A DNA stretch of 64,000 nt, taken from Actinomycetota bacterium. Lineage in GTDB: Bacteria; Actinomycetota; Actinomycetes; Actinomycetales; Microbacteriaceae. Positions 1 through 8,257 of this stretch are shown piece by piece. The position numbers and the translations under genes were made by a program. How positions within the stretch are numbered: the first letter of the stretch is position 1; every line of letters begins with the position of its first letter. The notes beneath the pieces are model-generated. The model did no database searches. It was not told the DNA's origin and saw only the letters and a program-made list of their open reading frames with translations. The DNA lies in the NCBI GenBank assembly GCA_041181225.1, contig JBEGPW010000089.1, forward strand, positions 15,162-79,161. The letters are read 5' to 3'.

Positions 1-27
1 TTCGGTTTCTGGGAGCGGGGTCATGCT

Positions 28-825
28 CTAATTGTGTTCGGTTTCGCGCGCGGCCGCTGCCAATAACTCGGTGTTGCGCTTCGCAAAAATGCGATCGTTG
101 ATTGCTGCGATGCCCGCTGACGCAAAATAGAGCGTCAACATAGGAATCATCACTAGGAACATTGAAGTTGGGTCAGCCACCGGAGTCGCGAGCGCGGCAA
201 TGAGCGCACTGCTGAGCAAGGCAATCCGCCATCCTTTCAAAATGCCTTTCGCGGTGAGAACTCTTGCGATGTTCAACATCACCAAAATCACTGGCAAAAC
301 AAACGCGAGCCCAAAGACCAACAAAATTCGTACCACAAATAGCACGTATTCTTGAGCACTAATCAGGTTGGCGCTGCCGCTCGGCGTAAAAGACAGCAGG
401 GTGTCGATGAACGCCGGAAAAGTCACCCAGGCGAGGGCGCAGCCGGCAAAAAATAATGGGATGGCCGTCAGCATAAACCCCAACGTGAATCGGCGCTCTC
501 GTCGCTGAAGCGCAGGATTGATAAAAGCCCAAAGCTGATATAGCCAGAACGGGCTGCTGACGATGACGCCTGAAAAAATCGAAACCTGCATTTGCAGGTC
601 GAAGGCTGCGGTAATCGTTGGAAGGTTTACCGTCGTGTTGCTGTGATGAACTTTGGCGTATTCGACGATAGGTCTTGAAAGAGCCTGGAATATCGGTTCG
701 TAGAGGTACCAGCCGGCGATGGACCCGGCCAAGATAAACATCGCCGCAAAAAATAGCCGGCGTCTAAGTTCTTTTAGGTGCCCGCCAAGGCTCATGCGCC
801 TTTCGCGGTTGTTAGCGCGTGCCAC
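28..825 (-). CDS. tatC: Sec-independent (twin-arginine) protein translocase subunit TatC
   Basis: 265-aa polytopic membrane ORF with an N-terminal HLKELRRRL motif typical of TatC. It lies 9 nt downstream of tatA. GTG start at 825; an alternative ATG at 795 is possible. Confidence 0.9.
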   Translation of the reverse strand: MARANNRERRMSLGGHLKELRRRLFFAAMFILAGSIAGWYLYEPIFQALSRPIVEYAKVHHSNTTVNLPTITAAFDLQMQVSIFSGVIVSSPFWLYQLWAFINPALQRRERRFTLGFMLTAIPLFFAGCALAWVTFPAFIDTLLSFTPSGSANLISAQEYVLFVVRILLVFGLAFVLPVILVMLNIARVLTAKGILKGWRIALLSSALIAALATPVADPTSMFLVMIPMLTLYFASAGIAAINDRIFAKRNTELLAAAARETEHN

Positions 826-834
826 AGACTTTAG

Positions 835-1056
835 TTAGCTGTTGGTTTTGTGGTCATCGCCGGTTACGTCGGCATCGTTTGGCTTGGCTTTTTTGTCAGC
901 GGCTTTTTCTTCGCTCATGGTGCGCATCTCTTTGCGAAAAACTCGCATTGATTCGCCTAGGTTTTTGGCCATGCCCGGAAGTTTTGGTCCGCCCCAAATG
1001 ATCAAAACCACGACTGCGATCACGATAAAGTGCCAGCCTTCAAGACCTCGTAACAT
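835..1056 (-). CDS. tatA: twin-arginine translocase subunit TatA/E
   Basis: 73 aa with a single N-terminal TM helix (WHFIVIAVVVLIIWGGPKLP) followed by an amphipathic, charged tail. Position immediately upstream of tatC. Confidence 0.9.
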   Translation of the reverse strand: MLRGLEGWHFIVIAVVVLIIWGGPKLPGMAKNLGESMRVFRKEMRTMSEEKAADKKAKPNDADVTGDDHKTNS

Positions 1057-1104
1057 TTCAACCCGCTTTCACTTTGTATGCGAGTTTAAGTTTAGACTGC
1101 CGAA

Positions 1105-2100
1105 CTAGGCTTCGGGTGATTCCAGTGGTTTACGACCTAGGGCTCTAAGCGCGTAATCCCTAACAATTTCGCGAGCAGCGACCGGCGCAATGACCTTGGC
1201 CGCACCCCCATAAACCGCAATCATTTTTCCGAGGTTGGGCAGGTAACCCACGCTGATTTCGATGCGTTTGACTTCTCCGTTGGTTCCTGAGCTTGAAATA
1301 ATCTCAGCTTTGAAGTTGCCAATCAGATCGTAGGCCTCGGGAGAAACATCGAGTGTCACTATGGTGTCGTGCTCTGAGGCAACGTAAATGTCTTCACCGA
1401 GCTCCAGGGACTGCGCGTCTGTGCTCCAACCGCTGTCTAAAACTTTTGAGTTTCGCATTCGATCCAGCCTAAAACTGCGTTCCTCTTTGCGCAGGTGGCA
1501 ATAACCGCGAACCTGCCAAATCTGATCGTTTGATTCGAGCCGGATCGGATCAAACTCACGCTGGGTCATTTCATTTTTGCTGTTCAAATATTCAAAGCTA
1601 ACGCGCTTTTCGGCGTTGATTGCCTGCCGCATTTTGGCAAAATCGGCGTCGATTGTGCCAGGAACCACCGCGACCGCCTGAGAAACCGATTGAAGTGTGC
1701 CTTGGCGCAAAATGTCTATCAGATCTTGAATTTCAGCTTTGTCTTCAGGAGCGGCCACCGCAGCCATAACCGAGAGCCCAGAGGCCAAAGCGGCGGCTTG
1801 ACTTGCAGCTAGGCGCGGGTTTCCGTCGAGAATCAGCTGCGAGTGCAAATCTACCGTGTCGTCTTCGCGCCAGTCTTCGTTGATTGACAGTGCCCAATCC
1901 CAACCCGCCTCAGAGCTACCCGTGGTAGCCAAGAACATCGCTGAAACTGCTCGGCGAATTTCGTCTTCGGCAACGTCGAAATGTTCTGCCAGCTCAGGAA
2001 TTGTTCTCGAAAAGTTCGCCGATAGATAGGTGGTCATTGCAATTATTAGGTTGAGCCTAGCGTCGGCTGTCAGAGCTTTTCGAATTCTTTGCTTAGTCAT
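1105..2100 (-). CDS. pafC: HTH/WYL-domain transcriptional regulator, PafC-like
   Basis: WYL-type core (WQVRGYCHLRKEERSFRLDRM). It is the second of two paralogous WYL regulators directly upstream of tatA-tatC, the conserved actinobacterial pafB-pafC-tatA-tatC order. Start placed at the ATG at 2100 (MTKQRIRK), overlapping the pafB stop by 8 nt; the ORF track start at 2154 lies inside pafB. Confidence 0.75.
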   Translation of the reverse strand: MTKQRIRKALTADARLNLIIAMTTYLSANFSRTIPELAEHFDVAEDEIRRAVSAMFLATTGSSEAGWDWALSINEDWREDDTVDLHSQLILDGNPRLAASQAAALASGLSVMAAVAAPEDKAEIQDLIDILRQGTLQSVSQAVAVVPGTIDADFAKMRQAINAEKRVSFEYLNSKNEMTQREFDPIRLESNDQIWQVRGYCHLRKEERSFRLDRMRNSKVLDSGWSTDAQSLELGEDIYVASEHDTIVTLDVSPEAYDLIGNFKAEIISSSGTNGEVKRIEISVGYLPNLGKMIAVYGGAAKVIAPVAAREIVRDYALRALGRKPLESPEA

Positions 2101-3076
2101 GGTGAAGCTCGACCACCTTTTCAAAACCGGCTTCAATAATTTCGCGAAGTGCAACCGGGCGAACTACTTCGATGTCTCCGGCATATTGTCTAAGGTCATC
2201 TGCCAGCAGGTAGGCATCCATGAAGTTAAATGAAACCTCATCGGGTTTTTCGTGGGCGACATCGTCCATTTCGAAGCGGAACCAAGCTTCGGTTTCGGGT
2301 TTTACTTTGAGCGTAGCTACGTTTGATTTGATGAAATCTTCGAGACTCGCATTTGCCAAATCAAGTTCAGTTTTGGTCGGTGGGTTCTTTTCACCTGGAA
2401 CCAACTCGACGTCGGTGATGATTCGACGCAACAAGAAACTGCGGGCCTCTTTTCGGACCAAGTCAAAACCTAAAACAAGCCATTGCCCCGAAATGTTGTG
2501 AAGTTGCCAAGGGCGAAATTTGCGCGACTCGACCTCGGTTGAATCAGGTTTGCGGTATCCAAAACCAACCTCGATGCCTCGTTCTATGGCTTCGGCGAAC
2601 TTTGCAAAACTCGGGTGATGAGTTCGAATTCGCGGGGCTAGGGCAGCTAGGTCGCTGACATCCGCGATTTCACCGAGACCCTTGATTCGCAGGGCAGCGT
2701 TCGCAGCCTCGCGCGACAGAGCCGCCTGTGACCAAACTGTTGAGGCCAGATTCAACAGACCAACTTGCTTAGGGCTGAGGGTTAGGTTCTTTGGCCACAG
2801 AAACTCTTGCTTTGGAACCTTGTAATAAAAGTCCTGATTGTTTTCAAGCGCCGAAGGTGGCTGAAACGCAATCCATGGAATGCCAGCAGCCGATAGAGCA
2901 AGTTTGTCGCGCTCAAATAGTTTTATGAGAGCCGTATTCTTTTGGCCACGTTCGTAATCTGACGAATAACCCGCTACGCGACTAAAAATCTCATCACGGT
3001 TTAGCCCCTCTCGAGTGAAGAGCAGAGCGCAGGTCAGATTAAAAAGTCGAGATGCTGCATCGACTTTTTCAATCAT
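2093..3076 (-). CDS. pafB: HTH/WYL-domain transcriptional regulator, PafB-like
   Basis: 327 aa with a WYL-type core (WQLHNISGQWLVLGFDLVRKEARSFLLRRI). Paralogous to, and overlapping, the downstream pafC-like gene. Confidence 0.75.
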   Translation of the reverse strand: MIEKVDAASRLFNLTCALLFTREGLNRDEIFSRVAGYSSDYERGQKNTALIKLFERDKLALSAAGIPWIAFQPPSALENNQDFYYKVPKQEFLWPKNLTLSPKQVGLLNLASTVWSQAALSREAANAALRIKGLGEIADVSDLAALAPRIRTHHPSFAKFAEAIERGIEVGFGYRKPDSTEVESRKFRPWQLHNISGQWLVLGFDLVRKEARSFLLRRIITDVELVPGEKNPPTKTELDLANASLEDFIKSNVATLKVKPETEAWFRFEMDDVAHEKPDEVSFNFMDAYLLADDLRQYAGDIEVVRPVALREIIEAGFEKVVELHHD

Positions 3077-3097
3077 TTCTCCCCCAATTTTTTTTTG

Positions 3098-4069
3098 CTA
3101 GTACTTTCCGAGAATGTCGATAACGAACACCAAAGTTGACTTAGCCGGAATGCTCTGCTGTTCTGCGTCACCGTAACCTAGGGCCGGAGGAATCACAGCA
3201 ACCACCTGTGAGCCGATTTTCTGACCGACTAGAGCCTTTGAGAAGCCTTCAATTAGTCCGGTTCCAACTGTTAGGTCAAGCGGCTGGCTTGCCCAGCTGC
3301 TCTGAACCATGGTGTGCTCTTCGTTCCAGAGGTAAAGCTTGTAGTGAGCCAAAATGTGGTCTCCGGTTTTTAGCTCAGCACCTGCGCCTTCAACCGAAAC
3401 ATACTCTTCGAAACCGGTTGGGGCTTGAACATTGCTTGGGAAAACGAGGCCGGGCTCACCGGTGGTAGCCGAGCGAACCGCCGATGGAATTCCAGAAACC
3501 GCAGACTTCTCAGGGCCGGTTGCGCGAGGCAAGAACACGTTGATTAGATCGAGCACTAAAACGATTGATTTTGGGCCCTGACTGGTCGCATCGGTCTTTA
3601 GAGGAAAAACTCCAGCGACTCGCGAACCGACACGGTGACCAGCAAACACAGAACAAAGGTTGATTTGAGGAGTCTGGTCGTCAGATGCCAGAGTGGTAAC
3701 GGCGTTGCTTCGGTCGAACTTCGTCAAGAATCCAGAAGATTCTGGATAAGCTTCGCCGGTTTGCCCATTGATGGCCGCAATCTCAAACGTGACGGTTTGG
3801 TTGCCGGTAAACATCGCGCCTTGACCTTCGTTGACCAGGTGAACCTCTGGCTTCTTTGGTGTTAGCCCTGGTTTGAAAGTAACTTTTGGAACCCCCGAAG
3901 TGCCCTTAACCACAAGGCTCTTAGACAGGTTGCCGTCTGGGTAGGCCTCGCACTTTTTAGGCAGAGAATCAAACATCGCAATCGCAGCCTGTTCTGGGGT
4001 CTGTGCGGTGCAGCCAGAAACTGAGAATGCAATGGTCAGGGCGGCAAAGATGCTAAGAAGCTTTTTCAA
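3098..4069 (-). CDS. FKBP-type peptidyl-prolyl cis-trans isomerase lipoprotein (two FKBP-like modules)
   Basis: Lipoprotein signal with lipobox (LTIAFSVSGC). Two modules each end in an FKBP-like strand (IVLVLDLINV and LVFVIDILGK), with a GYGD-type motif (PPALGYGD). Confidence 0.8.
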   Translation of the reverse strand: MKKLLSIFAALTIAFSVSGCTAQTPEQAAIAMFDSLPKKCEAYPDGNLSKSLVVKGTSGVPKVTFKPGLTPKKPEVHLVNEGQGAMFTGNQTVTFEIAAINGQTGEAYPESSGFLTKFDRSNAVTTLASDDQTPQINLCSVFAGHRVGSRVAGVFPLKTDATSQGPKSIVLVLDLINVFLPRATGPEKSAVSGIPSAVRSATTGEPGLVFPSNVQAPTGFEEYVSVEGAGAELKTGDHILAHYKLYLWNEEHTMVQSSWASQPLDLTVGTGLIEGFSKALVGQKIGSQVVAVIPPALGYGDAEQQSIPAKSTLVFVIDILGKY

Positions 4070-4134
4070 GAGATTTACTTTCGTTATTCAGTAGCAATAG
4101 TTTACAGAGCAAAGGTGAATGGTTTAGGGCTTAT

Positions 4135-5151
4135 TTATTCAATGTTTGAGCTATCTGAATCGTCACTTAACATTTCGACTCTCGCTTCAGCCGCCGCTTG
4201 TGCGTTTCGAACGGTCTTTCGAAGCTTTTTATCGCTCACTTTTCGTTGACCCAAGTGGTCAGGATTCCAGACGGCGATGTCTTCGTCGGCAAAATCTGGT
4301 TTTACGCGGCCTTTGAATTGAGGCAAAATCGTTCCGTCTGCGAGGCGACGTGCGGTGATTAGAAACCCGGTGTGCCCAATCATGCGGTGTTCTGGCCTGA
4401 CTGCGAGGCCTTGAAGGTGCCAGCCACGAACCATAGATTCCCAGGCTTCAGGCTCTGCAAACAGGCCCGATTCTTTCAGCGCTTCAGAAAAACGCGAGAG
4501 CTGAGTGACAGTGGCAACGTATCCGAGAATCAGCCCACCGGGAACCAGCGCTTCAGCACACGCCTCAATGCATTCCCAAGGCGCGAGCATGTCTAGAACG
4601 ATTCGGTCAGCCTCGCCTTTGCCAACTTTGCTCGGCAACTCAACCTGCAAATCGCCGAGGTGAATCTGCCAGTTTTCTGGAGCTTCGGACATGTTTGTAA
4701 TCACGTTGGCTCGAGCTACATCGGCAAATTCGGCTCGACGCTCAAATGAATCTAATCGACCGGTAGGACCAATGGCACGCAAGAGGTACATGCTCAATGC
4801 GCCAGAGCCTACGCCAGCCTCAACCACTCTGGATCCCGGAAAAATGTCGCCAAATGTGACAATCTGGGCAGAATCTTTCGGATAAATAATCGCTGCCCCG
4901 CGAGGCATCGACATCACGAAATCTGTCAACAACGGTCTAAAGGCTAAGTATTCAACGCCATTCGCATTAGCGATCACAGACCCCTCTGGCTTGCCGATTA
5001 TGTCGTCGTGATTGAGGTTTCCGCGGTGAGTTCCAAAGGCGGCACCAGCCACCAAAGTGATTGTGTTGAGTCGACCCTTGGGGCCGGTCAACTGCACTTT
5101 GTCGCCCTCACGAAATGGCCCGGTTGGCAATTTATGGTTCTTGGTCGTCAT
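4135..5151 (-). CDS. trmI: tRNA (adenine(58)-N(1))-methyltransferase TrmI
   Basis: 338 aa with an N-terminal beta domain (FREGDKVQL) and a SAM-binding motif (VVEAGVGSGALS). Overall similarity to GCD14/TrmI (Rv2118c type). Confidence 0.85.
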   Translation of the reverse strand: MTTKNHKLPTGPFREGDKVQLTGPKGRLNTITLVAGAAFGTHRGNLNHDDIIGKPEGSVIANANGVEYLAFRPLLTDFVMSMPRGAAIIYPKDSAQIVTFGDIFPGSRVVEAGVGSGALSMYLLRAIGPTGRLDSFERRAEFADVARANVITNMSEAPENWQIHLGDLQVELPSKVGKGEADRIVLDMLAPWECIEACAEALVPGGLILGYVATVTQLSRFSEALKESGLFAEPEAWESMVRGWHLQGLAVRPEHRMIGHTGFLITARRLADGTILPQFKGRVKPDFADEDIAVWNPDHLGQRKVSDKKLRKTVRNAQAAAEARVEMLSDDSDSSNIE

Positions 5152-5157
5152 GGGTTC

Positions 5158-5817
5158 CTATTCAAATAACTGTTTCAAGTCTGCCAGAGTTACGCCCTCA
5201 AGCGTCGGCCAGAGAATTCGGCCCTCAATTTCTTCGAGTTTTACCAGGTTGGGCACGCCGATTGCCTTAGTGCCGGCAGCTTCTGCCGAAGCTAAGCCCG
5301 GAATCGAGTCTTCGATTGCGATGCAATCTGCTGGTTCAACCCCAAGCAGCTCGGCGGCTTTTAAATAAGCCTCAGGATGAGGTTTGCCAAACTCAACTTC
5401 ATCGCCGGCAACAATCACGTCGAACGCTTCAAACCCTACAGATTCGGCGACAGCGAGTGCCATGCGGCGCATACTCATGGTTACCAGTGCGGTTTTTATG
5501 CCGGCTTCTCTAAGCTCAAAAAGCAGTTCGCGCGCTCCTGGCCTCCAAGGCAACGCCACTTGCAGTTGTTCGATCACCACCGCAGTCAAACGATCGATGA
5601 TTTCGTCTGGGGCCAAGGCGCTTCCGAGCTTGCGACCGATAATCACCGAAGACTCATAAAGGCTCATGCCGATTAGATCGATGCCGTCAGCCTGATTCCA
5701 CTCTGCACCATGTTCATCGGCGAGTTTTCGCTCAGAGAGCATCCAATAGTGTTCTGAATCTACGAGGGTGCCGTCTAAATCGAAAAGCACCGCTGCTGGC
5801 AGCTGAGAGTTAGCCAT
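5158..5817 (-). CDS. HAD-superfamily hydrolase (subfamily IA, beta-phosphoglucomutase-like)
   Basis: DxDGT motif (VLFDLDGTLVDSE) and C-terminal (I)EDSxxG motif (AIEDSIPG). Confidence 0.85.
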   Translation of the reverse strand: MANSQLPAAVLFDLDGTLVDSEHYWMLSERKLADEHGAEWNQADGIDLIGMSLYESSVIIGRKLGSALAPDEIIDRLTAVVIEQLQVALPWRPGARELLFELREAGIKTALVTMSMRRMALAVAESVGFEAFDVIVAGDEVEFGKPHPEAYLKAAELLGVEPADCIAIEDSIPGLASAEAAGTKAIGVPNLVKLEEIEGRILWPTLEGVTLADLKQLFE

Positions 5818-5917
5818 AATGGCTTAATTTTAGTCGCAAGCTCCGGCTAGGAGTTTTGTGGGCAATACCGACGCTTTGGCATAGAGTTTTAGTTGACCTA
5901 AACCAGACGAGGAACCG

Positions 5918-6796
5918 TTGAGTAACAAAATTTTTAGTGGCCGCACACTTATTGTTGCCTTTGAAGGCTGGAACGACGCCGCCGAGGCCGCCAGCGGTGC
6001 CGCTAAATATCTGGTAGAAAAAACCGGCGTGGAATCAGTTGCGATGGTCGACCCTGAGGATTACTACGATTTTCAATTCGCACGCCCATCGGTGTTTTTT
6101 GACGAAAGCGGCGACCGCAAGTTGAGTTGGCCAAACACCGAGATGTGTGCGCCCACTGCGGCAAGTCGAATAGCGAATCCGGAGTTTGCAAACATCCACG
6201 TGATGATTGGGGTTGAACCATCTCGACGTTGGAGGGGCTTCACCGATGAAGTTCTCGAAATGGTCGTCGACCGCGAAATCGACAACGTCATTTTCTTGGG
6301 TGCGATGCTGGCCGAGGTTCCACACACTCGCCCGATAGCGGTTAACTCCACCAGCCAAAATGAGGCGGTTCGAGAGCAACTTGGTATTGAACGAAGTCGA
6401 TACGAAGGCCAAGTGGGCATTTTGACCGTTTTAGGCCAAGCTTTTGAAGCAAATAACATTGCCACGATTGCTCTTTGGGCTTCAGTGCCCCACTACGTTC
6501 ACAACACGCCTTCGCCAAAAGCGATGTTGTCGCTGGTTGCTGAACTTGAGAAGCTTTTGAACCTCAACTTTGACCGCTCAGATCTCGCTGAACAAGCCTT
6601 CAGCTGGGAGCGCGGAGTCGACGAGGTTTCACTAGCCGACGATGAGATGCAGGGATACATCGCCGAGTTAGAAAAGAAGCATGACGAAGCTGAGTCGGAA
6701 CAGGCAAGCGGGGATTTTTTGGCGAACGAGTTTGAGAAATTCTTGCGCCAAAATGAGGGTGAAAACCCTGATTCAGTCGAACCTAAATCTGACTAG
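5918..6796 (+). CDS. PAC2 (proteasome assembly chaperone 2-like) family protein
   Basis: 292 aa. The N-terminal LIVAFEGWNDAAEAAS and central ASVPHYV segments match the actinobacterial PAC2 family as I recall it (Rv2125 type). TTG start preceded by GAGGAA. Confidence 0.75.
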   Translation: MSNKIFSGRTLIVAFEGWNDAAEAASGAAKYLVEKTGVESVAMVDPEDYYDFQFARPSVFFDESGDRKLSWPNTEMCAPTAASRIANPEFANIHVMIGVEPSRRWRGFTDEVLEMVVDREIDNVIFLGAMLAEVPHTRPIAVNSTSQNEAVREQLGIERSRYEGQVGILTVLGQAFEANNIATIALWASVPHYVHNTPSPKAMLSLVAELEKLLNLNFDRSDLAEQAFSWERGVDEVSLADDEMQGYIAELEKKHDEAESEQASGDFLANEFEKFLRQNEGENPDSVEPKSD

Positions 6797-7641
6797 GCTT
6801 GCCAGCCGCCAAAAATAAGCATCGCGAGCACAAAGAGCCCGACCGCTACGCGCCAAATCACAAACGGCAAGAACGACCCGCGGTTTAGATATCGCAGCAG
6901 GCCGGCTATGACAGCGAAGCCGACAACAAAAGAAATGGCAGTCGCAACTGCTGTGGCCACTAGCAAATCGCTCGAGAGGTCTTGATAGGTTTTGGCAAAC
7001 TCATAAAGACCGCTTGCAATCACGGCCGGAATCGCTAACAAAAAGCTGTAGCGAGCGGCTGCTTGACGGGTGTAGCCCAGCAGGAGTCCAACCGTGATGG
7101 TTCCTCCTGAACGCGAGACTCCAGGAATAACCGCCAAAGCTTGACCCAAACCAAACAGGATTCCGTGCTTTGGGGTCAACTGCTCGATGTGTCGGTGTTT
7201 CTTGGCAACGGCATCGCTAACGCCCAAAATTAAACCGAAGACAATCAACGTTGTCGCGATAACCCAAAGGTTTCTCAGGTCGTTTTCGATGAAGTCTTTA
7301 AACGCCAACCCAATCACGATTACCGGTAAGCTGCCGACGATGATCAGCCAGCCAAGACGGGCATCCGTGGCCATTTTTTCGACTTTGCTCTTCGAAAAAG
7401 AATGACCGACTGAAATAAACCAAGCTTTTGAGATGCGAACGATATCGCGCCAAAAATAGACCAGAACTGCCAGTTCGGTGCCAAGTTGAATGGTTGCGAT
7501 AAAGGCCGTTAGTGCGGGTTTAGAAAGCGACCCCACACCCAGCAGGTTTTCGACTATTTGAAGGTGGGCGCTCGATGAAATTGGAAGAAACTCGGTGAGT
7601 CCTTGTACGATTCCAAGAACTATCGCCTCAAAAAGCGTCAT
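6793..7641 (-). CDS. uppP: undecaprenyl-diphosphate phosphatase
   Basis: 282-aa polytopic membrane protein with BacA/UppP motifs (QGLTEFLPISSSAHL and PGVSRSGGTI). Confidence 0.9.
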   Translation of the reverse strand: MTLFEAIVLGIVQGLTEFLPISSSAHLQIVENLLGVGSLSKPALTAFIATIQLGTELAVLVYFWRDIVRISKAWFISVGHSFSKSKVEKMATDARLGWLIIVGSLPVIVIGLAFKDFIENDLRNLWVIATTLIVFGLILGVSDAVAKKHRHIEQLTPKHGILFGLGQALAVIPGVSRSGGTITVGLLLGYTRQAAARYSFLLAIPAVIASGLYEFAKTYQDLSSDLLVATAVATAISFVVGFAVIAGLLRYLNRGSFLPFVIWRVAVGLFVLAMLIFGGWQA

Positions 7642-7850
7642 TCAGCGTCGTCTTCGGCAAGATCAAAAGGCAGGTACTCTTCGAAATTCTCGCCCAATAG
7701 TTCTTCGTAGTTCAAGAAGGCATCTTCGACCTGCAGATAGGCAGTCTGAACCGATGGGTCTTCTGGGCTGCGGCGAGTGGCAACCGCCTCAAAGTGCTTT
7801 TCGAGTGCGGCAATGAATATTCGAAGCGCCATGCGAGTTTCTTGAGCCAT
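7638..7850 (-). CDS. small acidic hypothetical protein
   Basis: 70-aa ORF whose TGA overlaps the uppP ATG (ATGA), suggesting translational coupling. Acidic C-terminus. No family recognised. Confidence 0.55.
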   Translation of the reverse strand: MAQETRMALRIFIAALEKHFEAVATRRSPEDPSVQTAYLQVEDAFLNYEELLGENFEEYLPFDLAEDDAE

Positions 7851-7980
7851 AACCCCAAACTACCTCGAGTTGCCCTCTGTGGCTAGTAACCGGTGGTGTT
7901 TCGACGCAAAGTTTTATAGCGCCGAGGCTTAGTGGTATTCTTTTAGATTGTTGCTGTGAGCTTTTGCTCACTCACCACTC

Positions 7981-8063
7981 GTCCGGGTGGCGGAATGGCA
8001 GACGCGCTAGCTTGAGGTGCTAGTCCTCTTATGAGGGTAGGGGTTCAAGTCCCCTTTCGGACA
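7981..8063 (+). tRNA. tRNA-Leu (anticodon GAG), class II with long variable arm
   Basis: Hand-folded cloverleaf. Acceptor GTCCGGG/TTCGGAC. Anticodon stem CTAGC/GCTAG with loop TTGAGGT. Variable arm CCTC-TTAT-GAGG. T arm AGGGG-TTCAAGT-CCCCT. Discriminator A; CCA is not encoded. Confidence 0.9.
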
Positions 8064-8114
8064 CGTTTGCTTTGAGACAGCTAACAGTGCTCCTGGGTTC
8101 GCCCGGGCAGCATG

Positions 8115-8163
8115 AAACCCCGCTTCTTTCTATGGCCTAGGCCTTGGTCAGCAGTGGGGTTTT
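8115..8163 (+). terminator. hairpin plus T-run downstream of tRNA-Leu
   Basis: AAACCCC(GCT)...(AGC)AGTGGGGTTT arms enclose the palindrome GGCCTAGGCC and are followed by TTT(T)G. Confidence 0.6.
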
Positions 8164-8257
8164 GCAATTATTCACTGTATGAACAGCCATTAGCCTAAAA
8201 AGGCTATTCTTTTTGCTCTAGTGTCTTGAATAAGATTCAACGAGTAAGGGGGCTATT

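Noticed and set aside
1-24. Possible start of a further minus-strand gene (ATG at 24..22, MTPLPETE...) 3 nt after the tatC stop
   Set aside because: Only 8 codons are visible before the window edge, which is too little to support a call. By synteny a helicase gene often follows tatC, but that cannot be verified here.
1105-3076. Two WYL-domain regulators as markers of a defence island (BrxR/CapW-like)
   Set aside because: Their paired arrangement directly upstream of tatA-tatC is the conserved actinobacterial pafB-pafC context, and no defence genes are adjacent.
4207-4222. LexA/SOS-box-like sequence TCGAAC-GGTC-TTTCGA
   Set aside because: It has one mismatch in the conserved GTTC core and lies inside the 3' end of the trmI coding region, about 140 nt upstream of an FKBP isomerase gene with no link to DNA repair. 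It is most likely a chance match.
7190-7197. TGTCGGTG, resembling the upstream half of the mycobacterial PafBC/RecA-independent promoter motif as I recall it
   Set aside because: It lies inside uppP on the antisense strand and is not followed by a TAnnnT -10 element at the expected spacing. My recollection of the exact consensus is also imperfect.
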